From IMG/VR virus record IMGVR_UViG_3300043399_000050, positions 1 through 55,112 of that record: DNA of 55,112 nt, one strand, 5' to 3'. Positions within the stretch are counted from its first letter, which is position 1, and every line of letters begins with the position of its first letter. The notes under the pieces were generated by a model, which was not told the DNA's origin, did not search any database, and saw only the letters and a list, made by a program, of their open reading frames with translations. Origin of the DNA: a virus (taxonomy: Duplodnaviria; Caudoviricetes). Shown here in pieces: positions 55,112 to 55,112 of this stretch. The position numbers and the translations under genes are program-made.

Positions 55112-55112
55112 T
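54859..55112. repeat. Terminal direct repeat (right copy)
   Basis: Matches 1-254 with one mismatch. Confidence 0.95.

Overview
The window is an apparently complete, circularly assembled genome (~54,858 bp unique; bases 1-254 repeat at 54859-55112 with one mismatch) of a short-tailed (podovirus-like) dsDNA phage. Nested spanins point to a Gram-negative host, and the BPP-1 Mtd-like fibre suggests a betaproteobacterium (inference). There are two divergent arms. The minus strand carries packaging, head, adaptor, fibre, lysis, nozzle and ejection-protein genes, running from 21979 down to 1 and wrapping through 55112 to 43047. The plus strand carries early and replication genes (22367-43050): MoxR-like AAA+/VWA module, HslV-like protein, PolA, Cas4-like nuclease, VRR-NUC, SNF2 helicase, putative SSB, HTH, primase-DUF927 helicase. 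I saw no integrase, tRNA, CRISPR or reverse transcriptase. Most notable: (i) an Mtd-like fibre whose 3' end has the codon signature of a DGR variable region although no RT/TR/Avd is visible; (ii) six QxxLF clamp-binding-like motifs, MORN repeats and a zincin motif in the 2748-aa ejection protein; (iii) a 48-aa gene with its own RBS overprinted inside that giant gene; (iv) an inverted 9-bp iteron/IHF region flanked by two paralogous promoter-gene units. All calls are from reading the sequence and recalled family motifs; no searches were run.
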